Assembly: GCF_964188315.1 (NCBI RefSeq)
Contig: NC_135669.1
Coordinates: 20,274,001-20,338,000, forward strand
Length of the DNA stretch: 64,000 nucleotides
Reading direction: 5' to 3'
DNA from: Podarcis muralis
Taxonomy: Eukaryota
The notes beneath the pieces are model-generated. The model was not told the DNA's origin. It did no database searches and saw only the letters and a list, made by a program, of their open reading frames with translations. The position numbers were made by a program, and so were the translations under genes. Positions 60,201 to 64,000 of the stretch are shown here, piece by piece (within the stretch, counting starts at the first letter, position 1; each line of letters begins with the position of its first letter).

Positions 60201-62291
60201 CTGTAACCTGAAGCGTCTGTAACCTGAAGCACCACTGTAATTGGTTTACTGTTGATCATGTAGCTCTGCATAGTTTGTTTGGTTTTATGCTGGTGCAAAT
60301 AAAGAGTGTCTATTTAAATATTCTTGGCTTGTTTGTTTGCAGGAGTCAGGATAAACCTTTTCATGTAGAAGGAGCTTTGAATCACATATTCACACAGAGT
60401 GTGCCTTTTCAGCATCCCAAGCCTATGATCTTTCAAACAGAACTGGAAGGAAAGTTGGTTTCCTTCCTTGTTCCAGAGATATTTCTAGATAAGATTAACA
60501 GGTATGTAACTGAGTTTCAGCACCCATTTGAAGTTAATAAATATACAGCATAGTCACTCAGTTGAGGACTGTGGAAAATTCAGTAGGCATCTTATTTTCT
60601 TAGCCCTGGGGTGATCTTTAGACCAGTCCTCACAATGTTAATTTTGATACAAGTTCCATTGACTAGTATTTACTTCTGAGTAGGTATGGTTGGCATTGCA
60701 GTCTAATCTTAATCTAAAGTTTGTAATGTATAAAATATATTGTGGTTTAATGGATGTTTGCTGAATCCAAATCCTGGGGAAAGCTGCATTCAAATTCTGC
60801 TTCATGGGATCTCTTTGTAGCTTTGAACTACTAGAGACACGATATCCTGCTGCCGTTACTGCTGGAAGGGGGCTCCAGCTGTCAAAAGACAAATAGTCCT
60901 GTCTGTCTTGGATCATCTGGAAGAAACATTTGCTGCCAGATGGTCTTCCCACCTGCAAAACGCACTAAGGATCATATAGCTCCTTTGCACATTTTGGTGC
61001 TACATGAACAGAGTGCTGTACTTTAAAATATAAAATCCGATTTTAATGACTTGCCTAAGACCTAAGAATATTGCTTTCTGTTGTTTTCCCCCTGTTTTTA
61101 AATAGGGGTTTCCTGGATACAAATTCGGAACATCCTATAAGAACAATAAACGAAAAGCTCACTGATGAGCTTGGCAAGTCTTTCCCAGTTCAGAAAGTGA
61201 GTGCTTCTCTTTCCTTGATGTTCCAAGATCGTCACAGCTCTCCTTCCACTCTGGATGCCACTTGGATGGTTCCTGCTGCCAAATGTAACCCAGAAGCCAA
61301 GTCTGTGGTTAATAAAGCTGCAGCGGATACAGAGGCCTTTGCCTTTCCTTCTGGCTTTCCTAGCTGGGATGATACAGATCAGGGTGGCAACTTGATCAGC
61401 TGGGAAAGAGATTGGATCTTTGGACATTATTGTCTCCGACCTTCCCTTCTTGTTTCTCTTCACAGAACTGTACAAGACAGAGAGCTTCCTCTGGGGACTT
61501 TCCTGGTCCTCAGTGGGCTGGCATTTAGGAAATGCAAGCTCTCTGCTCACGCTCTGCCCATTTTTCATGAGTCTGTTTTTATCTGTGTGGTTAATAAGGG
61601 CACAGAAGAAGCGTGTAGCCAGCTCCTTGCAGAAAACCTTACAAGTACATTATGTGCTCTGCTCCAGCCTTCAGGCTTCAAGCTAGACTGTACAGTGGAC
61701 GAGCCAAAGACACAGCTAAATACTTTTGCGAATCCTGAACTTCAGCTCCTTAAATCAAAGTACTTTTTCAGTGTGACCCCTGACACTTCTGACCCAGACC
61801 CAAATAAACTTTGTGTAGGGACTGTAAGTACAACGCCGTGGCAGCCTACAAGCATTGATCGAGAGATTGTTTATGCTTCGCTGAACCTTGATCTTCTGGC
61901 CATGCATGTATGTGAAATCTTTGACTGGCGCATGCTCTGGACTTCTGATGAGCGCTTCCTAAATCAGTTTGCAGGAGGGCATTTAGGTCCGTTCAAGAGC
62001 TTTTCCCTCTACCCAGTCTCCTACGTTCATGACGTCAGCTTCTGGGTTTCAAAACCAGAAGAGTTTAATGAGACCCAGCTCCATGCCATTGCCAGGTGTG
62101 TCTCTTCTGAATCAGTGGTGTCTATCCAACTGCTTGACAGCTTTCAGCACCCAGGCACAGGGCAAACCAGCCTCTGCTACAGGATCACTTACCAGTCTTG
62201 TGACAAAGCACTCAGTCGCCAGCAGGTGGCAACGATGCAGGTGAACCTTAGGAAAGAAATACAGCGCTGTCTGCATGTGACACTTAGGTAG
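57074..62291 (+). CDS. FDXACB1: Ferredoxin-fold anticodon-binding domain-containing protein 1, full spliced model, 629 aa
   Basis: join(57074-57257,58188-58344,59035-59238,60343-60501,61106-62291) = 1890 nt; GCCACCATG Kozak. LLLVGEGNFSFS, YFNFPHCGRKAGV, REWHNSWQVVAMA, C-terminal DVSFW...SLCYRITYQSCDKAL. Confidence 0.96.
58188..58344 (+). CDS. FDXACB1: FDXACB1 coding exon 2
   Basis: TTCCAG|GTGCT...TTAG|GTGAGG; 157 nt. Confidence 0.94.
59035..59238 (+). CDS. FDXACB1: FDXACB1 coding exon 3
   Basis: TTTTCCAG|CTGTG...ACAG|GTAAGT; 204 nt. Confidence 0.95.
59762..60009. mobile_element. Tigger-like MITE, family B related
   Basis: CAGTCGTACCTC...GAGGTACCACTG; internal palindrome CCGGAAGTATACTTCCGG. 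Confidence 0.8.
60012..60237 (+). mobile_element. Tigger-like MITE, family A
   Basis: TIRs; shares the TA at 60010-11 with the preceding MITE. Confidence 0.9.
60343..60501 (+). CDS. FDXACB1: FDXACB1 coding exon 4
   Basis: TTTGCAG|GAGTC...ACAG|GTATGT; 159 nt. Confidence 0.94.
61106..62291 (+). CDS. FDXACB1: FDXACB1 last coding exon
   Basis: TTAAATAG|GGGTTTC; 395 codons ending TAG; encodes the FDX-ACB domain. Confidence 0.96.
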
Positions 62292-62444
62292 TTCTTTATC
62301 ATTCTGTGCAGACAGGTTTTGTTGGACTCCATAATTCAAATTGTGTGTGTTAACATCAGGCCAACCGTAGCAAGCCTTTTATAAAGGCTGGGTGGGCTTG
62401 AAGGTGGTGCATACACCACCTTTTTCTATTTTCCTATTTAAGGC

Positions 62445-62450
62445 AATAAA
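62445..62450 (+). terminator. FDXACB1 polyadenylation signal
   Basis: AATAAA about 155 nt after the stop codon. Confidence 0.65.
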
Positions 62451-62696
62451 GTCAAACACTTTATAAACCTTGTTTAACTCTTGTCACTCTCAGTGAGTTC
62501 TTTTTGCAAGAGGTTATTCATTGCAGGCTGATGTAATTGTATTTAGCTCCCGTTCAAAAGCTTATGGAGGCTGCAGCTGGTCAGAGAAAATAATACAAGG
62601 CAGTTTAATTGAGTCCTATCAACTCTTCTTTTGCTTATTTGGAATGGCATAAATGGAAACTCTGGAGATGTAACTGCGAGGTACATAGGGTTAAGC

Positions 62697-62947
62697 CATG
62701 GGTAGGCAAACTAAGGCCCCGTGGCTGGATCTAGCCCAATCGCTTTCTAAATCCGGCCCGCAGACAGTCTAGGAATCTGCGTGTTTTTACATGAGCAGAA
62801 TGTGTGCTTTTATTTAAAATGCATCTCTGGGTTATTTGTGGAGCATAGGAATTCGTTCATCCCCCCCCCCCCCCATATAGTCCGGCCCCCCACAAGGTCT
62901 GAGGGACAGTGGATTGGCCTCCCGCTGAAAAAGTTTGCTGAACCCTG
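62697..62947. mobile_element. hAT MITE
   Basis: CATGGGTAGGCAAACT...AGTTTGCTGAACCCTG; 7-8-bp TSD (G)GTTAAGC. Confidence 0.8.
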
Positions 62948-63262
62948 GTTAAGCTGTTCAGTTTGTGTATCCGAAGAGATAATATTTCTGAAGTGGAATT
63001 CCTGCAAAGTCTTTAGGATAAACGATGCAATTTGAAAAAGAAGTTACATTTCAGTTCTGCCAGCCTGCAGACAGGCTCATGGCAATGCACACAATTCAAC
63101 CATCACAACAACCTGGCTAGGCTGAGAGATGGTAACTGGCCTAATTTCACTTAGCAAGGCTTGTGGCTGAGCCAGGGACTTTACCTTGGGCCTCCCTCAT
63201 CCAAGTCCAAAGTGCCGACTGCTACATTAACAGCGGCTCCTATATAGGAACTTCTACTACAG

Positions 63263-63624
63263 CAGGAGTGGGGGAACTTTTTCAGCTGAAGGGCCACTTT
63301 GCTTTCTGGACAGCCTTTCAGGGGCCACATGCTAGTGGTGTGGGGGGCCAGATGCAAAAGTGAGTATAGCAACAAATGTGAATTTTACCTTTGTACAATC
63401 AACTACTTTCTGCAATCTCTCTCACACACGCCCTGCCCTGTCCACAATTCAGGCAAGCAAGAAGCGGGATCAAAATTCAAGGGCACATTTCACCCAGGCA
63501 AAAACACTCAGGGAGGGTGCAAAGCAGGACTGGAGAGGGGTGTGGACTGGGGAGGGTCCCATGGGCCAGGTAGAGAGGCCTGGAGGGCCACATTTGGCCC
63601 AAAGGCCTGAGGTTTCCCAACCTT
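63263..63624. mobile_element. Degenerate hAT-like MITE
   Basis: CAGGAGTGGGGGAAC...GTTTCCCAACCTTG termini; no TSD. Confidence 0.45.
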
Positions 63625-64000
63625 GCTGTGCAATGTCACCATGTTGACTCGGCCATGCCCACATCATTAGGTGGTGGAATGCAAAGAGTATGAGTAACAA
63701 AATGCCAACATATTTATAATCAGGTCTGGCAAAGACCTAAATCAGCAAGTGCTGTTTCTTATTTTTAGAGAGGATTGTCACAGTTGTTTCTTTGGTTAAA
63801 ATAAGAGACTGTTACAGAATCCTGAGCCTTTTGAGTCTGCTAAGCTTGTGCAGGATAGCTGGAAGAATGGAGAATGGGTCTCATGCCAGCCAAGCCTTAA
63901 CTAATCCAATCAGTCTGGACGCTCACAAGCTTGGATGAGCTCAGGTCTTATTTAAAACCAATGCAGTCACTTCTCTGCTACCCTGCTTCATATTGGCACA

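Overview
Vertebrate genomic DNA, very likely from a squamate (lacertid-like lizard, inferred from Sauria SINEs and the MITE, L2 and CR1 repeat content). It is syntenic with human 11q23.1, in reversed orientation. Five complete spliced genes were rebuilt by hand with GT-AG junctions and consistent phases: C11orf52 (-, 4 coding exons, 123 aa), HSPB2 (-, 2 exons, 178 aa), CRYAB (+, 3 exons, 174 aa), CFAP68/C11orf1 (-, 3 coding exons, 156 aa) and FDXACB1 (+, 5 exons, 629 aa). A CpG island with a candidate DIXDC1 5' exon lies at the left edge. The rest is intron or intergenic sequence rich in Sauria SINEs, Tigger/Tc2/hAT MITEs, CR1/L2/L1 fragments and LTR relics. There are no tRNA, rRNA or CRISPR loci. 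I found no clearly new multi-gene system. The best leads are: a 299-bp LTR+PBS+LTR-end mini-element with a perfect 5-bp TSD; a Tc2-type transposon carrying a 154-bp tandem array; a TE-inflated HSPB2-CRYAB spacer (~7.2 kb); RFX X-boxes around CFAP68; and the acylated ITIM/ITSM/PDZ adaptor-like architecture of C11orf52. Gene names and comparisons with mammals come from recalled family knowledge, not database searches.
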